Shown one piece after another: positions 24,387 through 38,100 of a DNA stretch of 64,000 nt. Origin of the DNA: Albugo candida. Taxonomy: Eukaryota. The notes beneath the pieces were generated by a model that did no database searches, was not told the origin of the DNA, and saw only the letters and a list, made by a program, of their open reading frames with translations. Made by a program: the position numbers and the translations under genes. The first letter of the stretch is position 1. Every line of letters starts with the position of its first letter. The stretch covers positions 1 through 64,000 of the forward strand of contig JBDOQK010000051.1 of the NCBI GenBank assembly GCA_040437565.1, given 5' to 3'.

Positions 24387-24887
24387 TGGCAACGAGTGAG
24401 GATCAGAACTAGAGAAAGCAATTACAAAAGTTGCGAGATGGAATTCTATTTTGCCTCTATTTCGTTGAGCTCGATAAGGTTCGCTAGAGGAAATACTATA
24501 TTAAGGCCATGAAAGTAGAACCAATGGAGCAAACGATTCTGACCAGCTTCGGCAATCAAGTGTACATGCCCTATATCCGATCGTTTTCAAGTTGCATTTG
24601 CCCAAAGATGTGGTATAAATGAGCTCATTACGTCTGAAGATCCTGAATGGGACACCATGTAACTACCCCATATTCATGGAACCAGAATGTTGATGTCACC
24701 TAATCTATTCACAATAGGATAAAACAAGTTCGAAGTTGTTGTAGGTCATTGTGAGAGACCGACTTCTGACTAATAACTCGATAACGCTTGTGGAATTGCA
24801 TCATAAAATTGCTTCTAACATTTTATAATGAGCTCAGTTTTTAGCAGTAACTTTAGCGGTTGGTAATTGGTTTTAATTTTCTTCTAG

Positions 24888-24902
24888 TTAGCCAATCATA
24901 TC
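24888..24902 (+). promoter_or_regulatory. CCAAT-box element TTAGCCAATCATATC upstream of CCG paralog 2
   Basis: Starts 55 bp before the ATG. The identical 15-mer lies 57 bp before the ATG of paralog 3. Fits the oomycete CCAAT (TGATTGGCT) promoter motif. Confidence 0.6.
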
Positions 24903-24942
24903 TTCTGTTAACATTCTCCACAGAACATTCGAGAAGCATTGA

Positions 24943-26997
24943 ATGCAGCCCTTCAGTATGTGCGCAGTATTTCTGACTGCTCTAATGTCTATGGAGTCGC
25001 CCAGCCGAATCATTGCTTTATCTGGAATCTTCAACGTGACGTCTCAGTATTCAAAAGATTTTACTAGTTGTCATGAGTGCCTTGTTGGCACTTTGGGTGC
25101 TGCGCAGATACATTTGCTTGTGGTAAATAGCGGCTTCAGGCTCTATTGGATTCATAGTAATTCAAATGCAGAGAAAGCGTTCCTATCTTATTGCCACAAA
25201 CCCTGGACATGTTATCTATCAAAACATTTGGAGCATACATATAGCCCTGATAAGTCAATATGTATGCACAGAGACATAAAAATTCCAAATGAAGAGAACG
25301 GCATTCGTTTACTGGCGAACGCGATGAATGGAGAAATGTTAATGGAATTAGCTACTTTCACAAATACGAAAGTCTCCAAAGACGACCCATCATCACTGAT
25401 TAGGAAAGAAACAAATGATATTCCAGTGTTTCTTTGGAAAGACTACTCACTCCAATATGCAACACTTTTTGGACACTTGAAAAAATTTCCACTCATTGAG
25501 ATGCCTAGTAAGGAAGAGGCGAGTCCGAAGAAGCGGATTTTTATACATAAAAAGGACGAACCGTTGATGCGATGTATGGTTCTCCCCATACCACCACAAG
25601 AAGGTGTTTGTCGAGAGTGTTTGGCTATGCACAGCACAACGTTCGCCATTCGGACATTCCACCTGCTTCATGGCTCAAAACCATCAGCTGACGTGTGCGT
25701 TTTCCTTAGTAATCATCAACCATCAGATATAGTTTCCAATTGCAAGAAGATATTCTGCCAGGCTATTATCCACTTGAATTCAATCGATTGTCGCACAATA
25801 CACAACATTTTCCCTCTAAATCATCAATTTGAGAGAGATAAGAATAAAATGACGCTGGAGGAAGTACAGCAGGTTTTACAGAGCATTGCGTACAGAAGAA
25901 CGGCAAGACGCCAAACTTCAAACAGCTTGTTATCAGAAACATTCGAACCTGACGGAAGCCTCAACATACTAGGTGCCAAAGATTACTTCTGTATTGAAGT
26001 AAGAGCATTATTGCACCCAAAGCGGCGCTGTATAGATTGTATTCTCAAAGATGTGACAGGATATCATTTGGTGTTCAGCTTGTCGCTATATATCTTCCTG
26101 ATTTTTACACACAGCATTCGGGATTTTTCGCAATGTAAGACATGCAAAGTTATACAGGTGCGTCATCCAGATGACTGCGGAAAAAAGCCTGAGCACTATC
26201 TCAACAAATTAGAAGTATATCCGAAGCCATCACATCTCGATATGCGCAATGAGCTGTACGAAAGTTGTATTGCGGCGTATCAAGGCAAATATGATTATGG
26301 TTGTATCGGCTGCATCGAACATTATTTAGAAATTACAAATGCAGCTCCACTTATCGGCAGATCACCTTTACTATTTGATGTCTCTATGGCTGCATCAAAA
26401 ATGACACTAAAAGTATACTCGAAATTATCACACGAGTGTGTTGTCGCGAGAAGATGTAGTAGGATACAAGTAGTCCCTTCATATTTCTGTTCTACCCACC
26501 GAGCGTTCAAGGTTACGCAATCACGTAGAGGAAAAAAAGCCATCAAATTCAACCAGGATCCGATTCCGGTCGGTATTTGGCCCCCGCTACAGCACCAGGC
26601 TGAAGAAAACCTGAATGGGTTCATGTCACCAAGAAGCTCCGTGTCTTGGTCCGGATCGGCAGATGGTCCACAGATATGGCCAGCGTCAAACAACATCGCT
26701 CTCGTGGAGATCAAATTCGCGGATTCTGGATCGTATGATTGTTTGAAATGCCTAGCGGAGCATACAGAGCTTTTCTTCTTTTACAGAAGCGAAGTCGAAC
26801 GTAGTGGATACGTTTGGATGCGTCCTGCTCTATCAAACATCCTATCTTCCTGCGTTGGGATGCATTGCTCAAGCCTCTCTTATAATGAAAATGGAATGCA
26901 AATGAGACGCCCCGTAGGACTGCGACCAGTGATGACTACAGATATTCTATTGTCACTTGGGCTTTTTAATCAAGACAAAACAAGGGAGCGCCTATAG
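24943..26997 (+). CDS. Secreted CHxC/CCG-class effector (paralog 2), 684 aa; last codons come from a MULE TIR
   Basis: Signal-like N-terminus and CHECLVGTLG at residues 43-52. Shares blocks with paralog 1: PQE.VCRECLAMHS, KP.HLDM.NEL, IWPA...IALVE, FFYRSE, GMQ.RRPVGLR. Confidence 0.9.
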   Translation: MQPFSMCAVFLTALMSMESPSRIIALSGIFNVTSQYSKDFTSCHECLVGTLGAAQIHLLVVNSGFRLYWIHSNSNAEKAFLSYCHKPWTCYLSKHLEHTYSPDKSICMHRDIKIPNEENGIRLLANAMNGEMLMELATFTNTKVSKDDPSSLIRKETNDIPVFLWKDYSLQYATLFGHLKKFPLIEMPSKEEASPKKRIFIHKKDEPLMRCMVLPIPPQEGVCRECLAMHSTTFAIRTFHLLHGSKPSADVCVFLSNHQPSDIVSNCKKIFCQAIIHLNSIDCRTIHNIFPLNHQFERDKNKMTLEEVQQVLQSIAYRRTARRQTSNSLLSETFEPDGSLNILGAKDYFCIEVRALLHPKRRCIDCILKDVTGYHLVFSLSLYIFLIFTHSIRDFSQCKTCKVIQVRHPDDCGKKPEHYLNKLEVYPKPSHLDMRNELYESCIAAYQGKYDYGCIGCIEHYLEITNAAPLIGRSPLLFDVSMAASKMTLKVYSKLSHECVVARRCSRIQVVPSYFCSTHRAFKVTQSRRGKKAIKFNQDPIPVGIWPPLQHQAEENLNGFMSPRSSVSWSGSADGPQIWPASNNIALVEIKFADSGSYDCLKCLAEHTELFFFYRSEVERSGYVWMRPALSNILSSCVGMHCSSLSYNENGMQMRRPVGLRPVMTTDILLSLGLFNQDKTRERL

Positions 26998-29216
26998 TCA
27001 CTTAACTATACTCCCCCCCATTAACAGCCAATAAGATCAATTCGTATCAATTCTACCAATCACGTAATTATTATAGTCGCGGATAGTGATTGCGATCCTG
27101 AAGGGGGACGACCATGTGTTCCGACTTCATTTGGCTCGTCAGCTTCGAAATTTTCCGTAGGATTCAAGACCAACAGTGCTGTCTGTAGCTGCTCTTGCTG
27201 ATGCGGATCGATTTCTGCATGGCGACGCGCAATTGATTCGATTATGTTTTCGAACACATGTCCCACAGATGCAGGAGCTTGATGAAGTGGCCGCTGCAAC
27301 GATCAGTGGCGGTCAAAGTCAGAAACCGCCAGCGAAGTGGCTTTTGCAATCATCGCCCGCAGCTTATGCTCGCAATAGAGTCCCATTGACTTGACAAAGG
27401 CCCCATAACACAATGTCTGGGGACCAGGCTGTATGGCAAGCTGGTACTTTCCGGGAACCTAAAACATCAAACATCCATCACGTAGAAAAAGAAAAGAAAG
27501 GATTGCTATCAGTTGATTTGCATTGATTACCTTAGACAGAGAAATGACGAGATTTTCTGAACAACTGCAGACCAGAAGTCTGCCTGCAAGCGTATCAGTA
27601 CCCTCAACATCTCCACAGTAATTAGCAGGCTAATCTCAATCGTTCGTTCCTTCCCAGAGAGCAAAAGTTTACCACAAACCTCGTTGAGATTGACTGTGGA
27701 TACTGCAATCCACTGTCCAGAAATGCATGACTTCCTTCGACTCTTGAAGTAATAGCATGACAATAATGTGCAACTTTACTAATCCACGCAATCACAAAAT
27801 GCTGTCTGTGCCGTTGGAGCCACGTGGATTCGAGATAATTTACCTCTGGAGGTGACACGCTTTCCCTGATGCTTCTTCAGCGGTCCACGAAGATTATCCT
27901 CGTCAGCAGAATTGCACAGTGACAGCGACAGCTTCCAGAACTCACTATATGCATTGTCTCTTTGAAAGTGTGCTTTGCAATTGGCCTGCACCTTCTTGTT
28001 AATATGACAAAGGCAAATTAAAACTGAAGTATCCGGAAAGGCATGTTTTATGCCACAAATGAGGGCGAGTTCTTGGTTGACGACCATCACCACTTTGCGC
28101 CCGTCAATCATAGCGCTATAGCAATCACGAAATCTTGCAAGGGCTCAAATATAATCGGGCTCGCTCTCCTCAGAGAGGAAGCAAAACGAAAGTGACGTGG
28201 TTTGATTTGTTCATGTGACGCCAACAGTGTGAAGAAGAGGCATCTTGTATATGAAACCAAACGCGTACATGCACTTAGGCATAATTGGATGTCTCTTTTC
28301 AATGCGTACCTATTAGTCTTGTATGTCGAATCCATGATACAGACGGAATTTGCACAAAAGATGCGAGCTAGTAATACAGACGTGTTTGGGGCAATAAACA
28401 CACACCGGAGTTTCCCATCTTCATGCTTTCGAAACCTGTAGTAAATTCTCTCCTATTCTGGTAATTTCATTAGAGATTCAATAGATCGACGTCCATTGAG
28501 TGTGAAATGCGCTCCTAGTTCATGTGCACACTTTTAGGTTTGGTTGCTAGATGCGCTTCGTAGAAAGGACTTTGACTACCTTTTGCTTAATGTTTTGTAT
28601 ATTCTGCCAGACAGCCTGGATCATCCGGCGGAGGGTTGCAAGAAGTACGCGCGGAGATGCGCGAGATTAGTTCATGTTGCAACCATATTCTCCTTCTCGG
28701 AATTAAGCGCTCTGTTCCTCGTGTAGGCTGATGCATCAGTAGCGTTATCATGTTCATGATGTTCGCAGTTTCTAACCACAAGGTCCCGTTCCTAGCCCGA
28801 TTGTGGGTGTTCTGGATCTTTGATCCTTTAAATAACAGCCTGCCATGTACAGCCAATTTTGATCGTCGAAGTATTTCGTACGACGCTTTTCGATTTCCCA
28901 TAGCGTCCCCGTGCACGCATCACAGACAAACCTTTAGGATTTCGCCCGTTTTGCTTTTTTTTTGAGCGAGCGCGACTCCCAGCGTACCCGTGAAGTTTAG
29001 CTAAGGTCTTGACATAACTCTCCGCGACTTCGATTCAGGAATAGGACGCGTTTAATGGATTTTGCATTGTGGTGGGTTCGTGGTGGATGTCAGCGAAGGT
29101 CGTTTAAATATAATAATAATTATTACGATTGATAGAATTCATACAGAATGATCTTATTGGCTTTGAATTGGGGGGATTGAGAATAGTTAAAGGGGTCTGT
29201 GATTATAGGCGCTCCC
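26984..29216 (-). mobile_element. Decayed Mutator-like (MULE) DNA transposon, ~90-100-bp TIRs, 8-bp TSD
   Basis: Ends gggagcgcctatagtcac / gtgattataggcgctccc. Flanks caaaacaa (26976-26983) and taaaacaa (29217-29224). Frameshifted transposase pieces IMDSTYKTNRY, VVNQELAL...FPDTSVLICLCHINK and TSRVEGSHA. Confidence 0.9.
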
Positions 29217-30115
29217 TAAAACAAAGGCACCCAGAGAACAGATATAGTGAAAGTATACCAACTTAGTGAATCAATAATTCTCTAATGATCAATTTCAGTC
29301 ATTTTGAATCCTAACTATCTGAAAAATGTGCTCTAAATGCTTGAGATGACTCCGTAGTACAACCAACGGCTATTGGACACTGAAAAGTATTTAGTAAAGC
29401 TGACCTGATACATCAAGGGAACAGTAACTGTAATCTATAGAAGACTACGCGAATCTATGATGACCGGGGAAGGAAAAAAGTACGAGTTTTTGGACAAAGC
29501 AACTGTCGGATTACCCATGCATAAGCCAACCTTACGTATCCATGAATAGTTGAGTCTCTATATAGTTTGATCATATAAAAGAGGAACATGATGAAATTAA
29601 AACTAGTCACATGTCAAACACATTATATATCTCGTTGCTAGCTAAATCACCCTTCGTCTCTATGGCATCCATTTTGCATGTGGTGTAATTAACAACAATG
29701 CTATATAGCAAGTTTAGGATTTATCATCATCATTCATCGATATAATGATGCGACACACTGATTCATCTTTATCGGAGGGTGGTAACACCTTTTTAATTAT
29801 TTCTCGTCACCAAGCACGTGGAATGGTCCATTTATAGCCCATATCAATCAGCCATGATGATACTTGGCATTTAAGACATAATATTTGAAGACATGCGCAG
29901 AATCACTTGTTAAAGCATGTCAACGGCCAAGCCAATATGCCTTTGATCGAGTTCGCTAGTCGTTTAACCTATACAATAATATTCTGCAACGGTGCAAACG
30001 AGATAATCTAATGGACTCTTTTGCTATTTAAGTTTGCGACAATCATAAGTCCGCACATCTGTTTCAATTCGTTTGTTCGAATCGACAGCAAAAACAATCT
30101 AAAATATGGTCATCA

Positions 30116-33100
30116 TGTTCAGATAGAATGATTACGTCGAAGAAGGACGAAAACCTACATACGAAACGGCACGGGATGCGACTGACGACACAAAGTTTCC
30201 TCTTCTATTATCTGCATAAATATTAAATGCGTTAGGACTACAGCCAGCAGATTGTTTGCTGAGGAACTCACGGAACTTTAGCACTTAGGAACACGCGTGT
30301 GTGGGAGCTTTGGATAGGTATAACATAAATGACAGTATACCTTCTTTTATCACAGTCTGATCAGTTTATGAGCCCAACTAAGAGTCACGACGACACCGGC
30401 AACATCGCACAGACCCCGCCAGCTAACAGTTACGAAAGGGCCGTGACGGCGCCTTCTGTAATTGTCGAAAGAGCAGACCACGACAGGAGATGGGACGTGA
30501 TTGAAAGAATCCTCAAGATGCACATGGGTCTTGAAGGTCACATGTAGCGCATCAATGCGTCCCAGATGCAATTTCTAGGTACGATCGAGAGCGGTCTCGT
30601 CAGCTGTCTGATCGGAGATACATGAGAAACGCTGGCCTAACTCGCCTCCGAGGTGACAAGTAGCCCACGTTTAGCCACTCGGACCTCAGTATGTTGTAAC
30701 GGAGCCGCGACAGCGCTTTCACATGCAGAAGGGAAAGAAGCACAATCTATGGGTAATGGAGCCTGTCTGTCCAGTGCCGGACGTGCGTCAGCAAAAAATC
30801 GCTATTGAAACCTATGACAGGAGAGAATTGTACCCTGGGTTCAGATCGGATGTTTTTTTGATTGGGGGCGAACATCCTAAGATAGGTCACGATGACCCAA
30901 CAAGCGTGCTTCTTACCTGATTCGAAGAAGTCAAGGACGATTTGCTTGGACACAAAATCAGTGGCACCACAGAGCGCCAAATCAACATGTAGTTGGATGT
31001 GTGTTGGAAGCAGCTACCCACAATAGACCACGACATAGAAAGGCTACTGCAAACTTCCAAGAACACGATCACCACAGTCGATACAGCTCTTTAGGGCGAG
31101 TGAAGACCCTGGGCAAAGCTGTCTAGAACACCATCTCTACTTGATTACGGCCGGCGACGCATGTGGTGAAGCGTATCAACAAGTGTTCGACAACATCGTG
31201 CGCTATGCGTCAGCAGACTCTGGAAATTTAGTCAGGATAATTACAACAATTTGAGGATGGACTAACTGCGACAAGCCGAGGAGCTCGCCCATTTTGCACA
31301 GTATGTAGAGCTTGAGACGCGCAAGGGCCGTGAGCAAGGACATCTTATCCTAGATCATATAGACGAGGTGTCAACAAAGAAAGAGATGTGCGCGTGTTTT
31401 ATCTGTGGAAATCCGAGGCCATCAAAGCTGATTGTCGCAGCCGGGACAGAAAGAACCACGGTGGACATCATGAGAGAGGTGGTCCCGATCTCGTATTGTC
31501 TGACGACGATTTCGGAAGAAAGATCAAGAGCCCGAAACCCAAAGAAAAGAGCACGGATCTGATGCCCGATGCAAATAATGAACAAGACGAGTGAACTTAG
31601 GATTATGGCTCAAGTCAACACCCTGTGTGCGACGAAAGCTTGTTGAAGGACGCAATGAGCTGAGACTCTAATGTAACATGGCGAATGGAGAAACGTTTGG
31701 GATAACAAGAGTCGGAAGCGTCCGCCTGTGCGTGATGGCAGAGAATTCTTGGCTTTAACGAAGGACAGTGCTGCAAAGAAGTGTGAACTCTTCTTGATGT
31801 TTTTCGAGAAGCGATGAAATTTTCGTAATCATGTACTAAGGACGGACGGTGAGGGCGAGAATTGAAACGTTAACCTGGCTGAAAGTGCAACGGCGTTTCC
31901 CATCAGTTATCCCAATATCGTACCCAAGCGTCCAAAGGGAAGGCAGAGCGCATGCATCGCACCGTTCTGAATATGGCGCGTTCCATGATCTTTTCAAGCC
32001 AGTTATCTTATGGGGTGACGCCCTCGATTACAAAAACTACACCCCACGAAGTCAAACCTACGCTGCACATAGCCACTCCAGGTGCTTACCTGTTTAGCCC
32101 CACACCTGCTCGACGTAGTGGTTTTCGTCTCCGTTGGCACAGTTTTCCATGAACCACGCAATAACTCAAAATGCTATATGCATATCTATTAAGATATTTG
32201 GATTGGAAAATGATCATGATAACAAGCTTACCAGGACGAGTTGAGATAGCTGCATCGAACCGCAGCATGTCAAGAATATTTCGGCTCTCATCGATGAGGA
32301 GAACATCCAGCTCCAGTGTAAACTACAACGCATCCAGCAAGCCGTCCCACATGAACTGAGTTAACGACCCTTGCAGCGACGACGACGGCACCATGTGCTT
32401 CAGTGTAGGGACCGGTACAGAAAGCACCGTCTAACTTGCGCTTCAACCAGTCAAGAGAAAAAACTGGACGCTCTCTTCATATGGTATGCAGACGTAGGAC
32501 GCCTCTGCGCTAAAAGAGGCAGTAAGAAACTCCAGTGCTGTCAGCCACGTGTATGAACGGGATCCGAAGAACTACGGCAAAGCAATGTGAAGATCGAAAA
32601 GAAAGGAATGGCAAATTGCAATGCACGAAGAATTAGAAGCGCTTCAAAGCAACGACGTTTGGCGCCGCATAAAACGTCCAGTCGGTATCAATACACCCCA
32701 CACAGAGTAGGTGTACAAGATGAAGAAGACTGCCGATGGAGATGTTAAGCGCTTAAGAGCACGACTCGTAGCGCGTCCGAAAGCGATCAAGGAAAGTGTT
32801 GGAGAAGACTACGGCCTTACATTTGCTGCCGTCACGGACATATTAATAGTCAAAGTGATACTGGCTCTCGGGGCTACGTGGAGGGTCGGTGTAAATAATG
32901 GTGACATCTCTAATCCCTACGTGAAGGACGACCAACCAGCTGAACTCTATGGTCGTAAGCAGCGACACTTTTGAGCTACCTTGTCGGACTTGAATAGTCA
33001 GGAAGGCTGTGAAGCCAACGGCTACATACTCAACTGACAGAATCGGTTTTAAGCAGTTCTAATCGTACCTGTGCGACGAGAAAGCTGCTGACCATTTTTT

Positions 33101-34275
33101 CGCGAGTCTTGGTAGCCTGTGCATCACACATTCAGGTCCCGAGAGTAAATTTTTGGGATACGAGTAACTGTAGACGACGATGGCAGTTTCATGCTCGACC
33201 AAGAAGGCGCCTTCGACCTTCTGAGAGACGACGGACGGAAGATGCGAACTCGAAGCCCGTGCTTCTATTGGGTCAGACTTTTATGAACTTCCATCAGTAG
33301 ACGGCGCGCTGATGATCGCAGCAGACGGCGATGGCCCAAGCATACGAAGTTTTTTATTTCACATTGGAAGCTTAGACATTGCGGTCGATGATCATAAAGA
33401 CGACGCTACAGACGCACCAGCCACGCATCCAAGATTATAAGCTTGAGGGTACCCGTAATTTCACTGGAATGAACCGAAAGAAGAGCGCGGGAAAGCCGGT
33501 AACTCTGAGGTCCTACTCGGATGCAGATTTTGCCGTCGACAAGGCAAATTATAAGTCGCTAAATGGAGGAATCATTCTCCTAAAGGGCATGGCAGTAAGA
33601 TGGGACACCAAGAAGCAAGGTGGCCTCTCTCTCTTCATGATGGAAGCGAACTTTGTCGCCGCGTCGGTGTAGCCATGCGAGCGGCTTGCCATAGGACGAA
33701 GGCTATACAAAATTGACATGACGCTCAAACTGCATACGACGCTGTACGTCAAAAAACAAGCCGCCGTCAAGCAGCTAAACAGTGAAAAATCGTTTCTGAA
33801 GGCTTACACATCGATGTGCGTTTGAAGTTTGTGCGTGACTACGCGAAACGGGGGGGGGGTAATAGTGGCAAGGTACGTGCGGTCGGAATTGCAACTTGCA
33901 GACCTAACGACGAAGGCCGTGAATGCGAAAAAGCTCGCGTCATTTTACGAGTTGATGAGCTTCAGAAGTAATGCAGAGGCCAAAATCTCAAAAGGAGAAG
34001 CGGTGGTGCCGCAGTCGAGGAGGATTATTCAGAAGAAATGAGTGTGTCGAAGAAGGAAGAGAGCCTACTAACGAAACGTACGGATGCAACTGACGGTACA
34101 ACCTTTTTATTCTACTATCTGCATATAATAGACAAGGCGTTAGAACTACAATCAATCGATTGGTAAGGAGCTTACGGAGCGTTAGCAGTTAGGAACACGC
34201 AATTTTGTGAGTTGTAGGTAGGTATGATATAAATGACAGTATCTCTTCTTTAGATTTTTTATCACAGTGCGAACT
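30116..34275 (+). mobile_element. Decayed Ty1/Copia LTR retrotransposon
   Basis: Diverged LTRs at ~30116-30363 and ~34026-34275, PBS-like gtttatgagccc at 30364 and PPT gaggagga before the 3' LTR. Integrase (MHRTVLNMARSMIF) precedes RT (VYKMKKTADGDVKRLRARLVA) and RNase H (YSDADFA, QLADLTTKA). Many stops and frameshifts; no TSD recognised. Confidence 0.9.
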
Positions 34276-35062
34276 ATTTTTGAGCACATCCTTCATTGTC
34301 TTCAACGCTAACAATTATAAAAAAAACTCTTTCCCCGATGAATTATTACGACGTACACGTACTTAGTAAGAAAGCTCTCTCTCAGCCGTGAGAAATAGTA
34401 TTCATTAACCCTCTACCTGGAAATCTATCGAAGCTTCCGAAATAAGCGCAACTACAACTACTTTGGCTGGTATTCAAAGTATGCATGGTACCATCATTAT
34501 TTGATGACCAGTGAAACGCATATCTCATAATATTCTCATCTCATATGGATCAGGGAAGCAGAACTAGAAAAAAAGTGAATGGTTTCATCGTCTATCCTTT
34601 TTCTCCATCAATATGAGTTTTGAATTGCCCTATTCAAATAATGAACTCTTTAAGGGGTGAATTTCGTTAAACTAGAAATCCTGCTGGGTAACACACTATT
34701 GGTTGACGCATCATGGCCACCGTGATGATGTGAAAGCTACTCAATAGAATTCGGCCCAATTGCGGTTTCTGTAATAGACCATTGGAAGTAACACTGCTTT
34801 GTCGCTAAGAAGAAAAGTAAGCCCCAATAGTGCTCAGGACATCAAATGTCCCCGTTTGGAGCTCGTGTCCAATTCGAAAGTTTCTTGCCTGAATAAAAAG
34901 ACAACACAAAACACTCAATTTTGTGGACCTCCCAAAAAAAAAACAGTTTATTCATTACAAATTCAGAATTTGCGACCTTTGGAGCGATGCTACTCTAGAC
35001 ACCTCTATTACGAAACTGAATAGGGTACGAAGATCTCTCTCACGTAATGCGAAATGATCGAA

Positions 35063-35162
35063 NNNNNNNNNNNNNNNNNNNNNNNNNNNNNNNNNNNNNN
35101 NNNNNNNNNNNNNNNNNNNNNNNNNNNNNNNNNNNNNNNNNNNNNNNNNNNNNNNNNNNNNN
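35063..35162. other. Spurious scaffold gap with duplicated flanks
   Basis: 34702-35062 is repeated at 35163-35523 (361 bp), which produces two identical 74-aa ORFs. Confidence 0.9.
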
Positions 35163-38100
35163 GTTGACGCATCATGGCCACCGTGATGATGTGAAAGCTA
35201 CTCAATAGAATTCGGCCCAATTGCGGTTTCTGTAATAGACCATTGGAAGTAACACTGCTTTGTCGCTAAGAAGAAAAGTAAGCCCCAATAGTGCTCAGGA
35301 CATCAAATGTCCCCGTTTGGAGCTCGTGTCCAATTCGAAAGTTTCTTGCCTGAATAAAAAGACAACACAAAACACTCAATTTTGTGGACCTCCCAAAAAA
35401 AAAACAGTTTATTCATTACAAATTCAGAATTTGCGACCTTTGGAGCGATGCTACTCTAGACACCTCTATTACGAAACTGAATAGGGTACGAAGATCTCTC
35501 TCACGTAATGCGAAATGATCGAAAATAGATATACTCTTTTTATCGTGTTATGTTGTAAAGCTCCCACACACAGCTCGATGCGATCCTCTTGGTAACTAGT
35601 TGCTTGATGGACTATCTGCAGTCTCATCGGAGAAACCTAAATAATGAGGGTCAGCGACAGTGCCATAATCAACGTGAAGAAGATTACAGTAATAGTCAAC
35701 AACTAGAGGACCAGATCGTTGTGTCTCGAAGAAGAATTCCGGCAGTGAGAGCCTCTGGCTACAAGTATGAGAGTTTCAGGAGTATTTTTTACAATGAGAC
35801 GGAACACAAAGAAAAGGAGATAAATACCATAGAGACACAGCAGGAAGCAATTACACACGAAATGTAGCAATACTGGGCTCAAATGCAGAAAACCGGTGCC
35901 CCAAAATCGAGCTAATAAGAAGCAAACCCACCTAGCGACGGAGCCTGAGAAGATTTTAGTATTGGATCGCTGAATCCAGCAAGATCTGTTTAGAGCCCAT
36001 TTCTTGGGGCAAATAAGTTGTGTTGTAGGTGAACTTTCAAGAAACTATGAAGGAGATCAAAGGAATTAGCAGATGTACATGGTTTGTACAAATGCGGAAA
36101 TGAATTGATTTCATGTATGGTGAATCCGCCAAGTGCACAGACTTGTTGAAATAAAAATATGATGTACTGTACATCGAATCCTTGCAACCCATCCTTACGA
36201 TCGTGCTAAAGCACTCACCATAGGACTCATTTTCCGTGGCTACATCTATACAATCGAGAGAGGCATCTTGATTACCGGCTTTGATTCAACACAATGATCA
36301 AACATGCTGGCTTTCTTGATCGTATTGCTTCTCTCGTGATCAATATTCCGAGTACAGGACAGGATAAACTAAGTTTTGGACTCAGAATTGGTACTCCGAT
36401 TTTGATGGAAAGTGCGCCAACCAGGTGTTACAACCACACATTGCTTCCACATCCACACTTCCGGATATGGATTCCCTTAGCAGTATCAACCAAGAGATCT
36501 CACTATCGTCGTTTGTTTGGATTGATCAGGACCGCGTCTTGCAGCTTGTTCCGATCTAGCATTTCTGTCAAAGTGATCTTTTAGCGCTAGTTATAAGTTC
36601 TCTTGTGGATCGCTGATCGCTGACCACTTCATAGAAATCAAAATGGTGAGTAGATTCGGCGCTCTCGCTCAATTTTTTAAAAATTGAAATCTATAGATTA
36701 CACTTATCGTCATATAGCGCATACGCTGACACAATCGCGAGATGATACAATCACATTATGCTCAAAGCTTACTTGGCCGCAGTCACGCACAGCGAACTCG
36801 TAGATTGATGACGATTCGAATAGGCTTTTAACAGTTTGTTCCTAATCAAGCAATTAGGAAGGGAACATAGGAGAAAGGAAAAAGGCTTATTCGATGCAAT
36901 TTATTTTCTATAAAGACGCTTCGACCATCGCAAGCTGTTGCATGATCGATACCGACCATGGAGCTCTGACTTCTTCAATATTTCCACAAATTCGTCTATC
37001 CAACTTTTCTACGGAATTGTGTTACTCAACATAATCTGTTACAAGTTCGTTACACGTAGTCGTTGCTGACTTTCTAGTTTCAAAATTCTAGTTTGAAGCC
37101 GTGCATCACCTTCGTGGAGACAGTCATTTTGAGCTTTGAGTTCCTGGAGCTCACCGCAACTTCGCTGTTGTTGCTGTGCTACTTCCGTGCGGGTCGCTAC
37201 TTCCTGACAAATTTTACTTTCGGCCAAAAATCCTTTTCCCCAGACAATTTCTATTGATTGTATCAACATCGGATTCATTATTTTAGAGAACTGTTAGCGT
37301 TGCAGCAATTTGACTCGATGAAGTGTTGCGTGAGCTGAAGGTGTTGACATTCTGCGGCTCATTTGATATACCATGACTCAATATAAGACGAGATCTGAAT
37401 CAAATCAAATGAGTGGACCATGGAGTATTAATCGGCAGCGCTCTTGGTACCGTTTCCAACGCCCATTCTTCATACATGCACCAGCTTGCTCCATTCTGAT
37501 GAAAAAGGAATGTCCGCAACACTGGACAATAGTAACAAGTTATGGAGATAATCAAGAAATATGATGCATGAGCAGATAACTCGTCAACGTGCCTTCGTTT
37601 ACGTTATTAGTCATCTCAACGGAATGTCTATTCTTTGGCCGACACGAATTCTGCGCGCCGGCACAAAAATAGTTCTCTGCCAGAGGAGATAATTACGAAA
37701 ATCATCGCTGACTCTGAACTGAGTCTAGTATGAATGTGTTAATTTGTTTTGGCACAACGTATCCTCAATATGTCTCATGCTGTCTATTTGAGCCGAAACA
37801 TTACCATTTTACTAAAGAAGGACATGCAGGATAGTCACGATATTATGCGAGAAGTCTGGCTTGTTGTAAAGGGAAGGTTTCTTTGAAGCTGGCGCGGATA
37901 TTATAGCAAATTCCATTGAAGGGGGCAGTGTCACTGCACCGAGAGTAATAGCTTTTGGCAAAAGTTTGGAATAAAGGAACCGTTGTAGAAATTATATTGT
38001 TCTCCGTAATAATTGAAGAAAACATAAATTCGTTCAGCAAATTTATATATTTGATGGATCATTCTTATCTTGTGCTGCGGACTTGGACCGAAAAAACTTG

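Noticed and set aside
34799-35484. Two identical 74-aa ORFs suggesting a tandem duplication
   Set aside because: They are the duplicated flanks of an N-gap, an assembly artefact.
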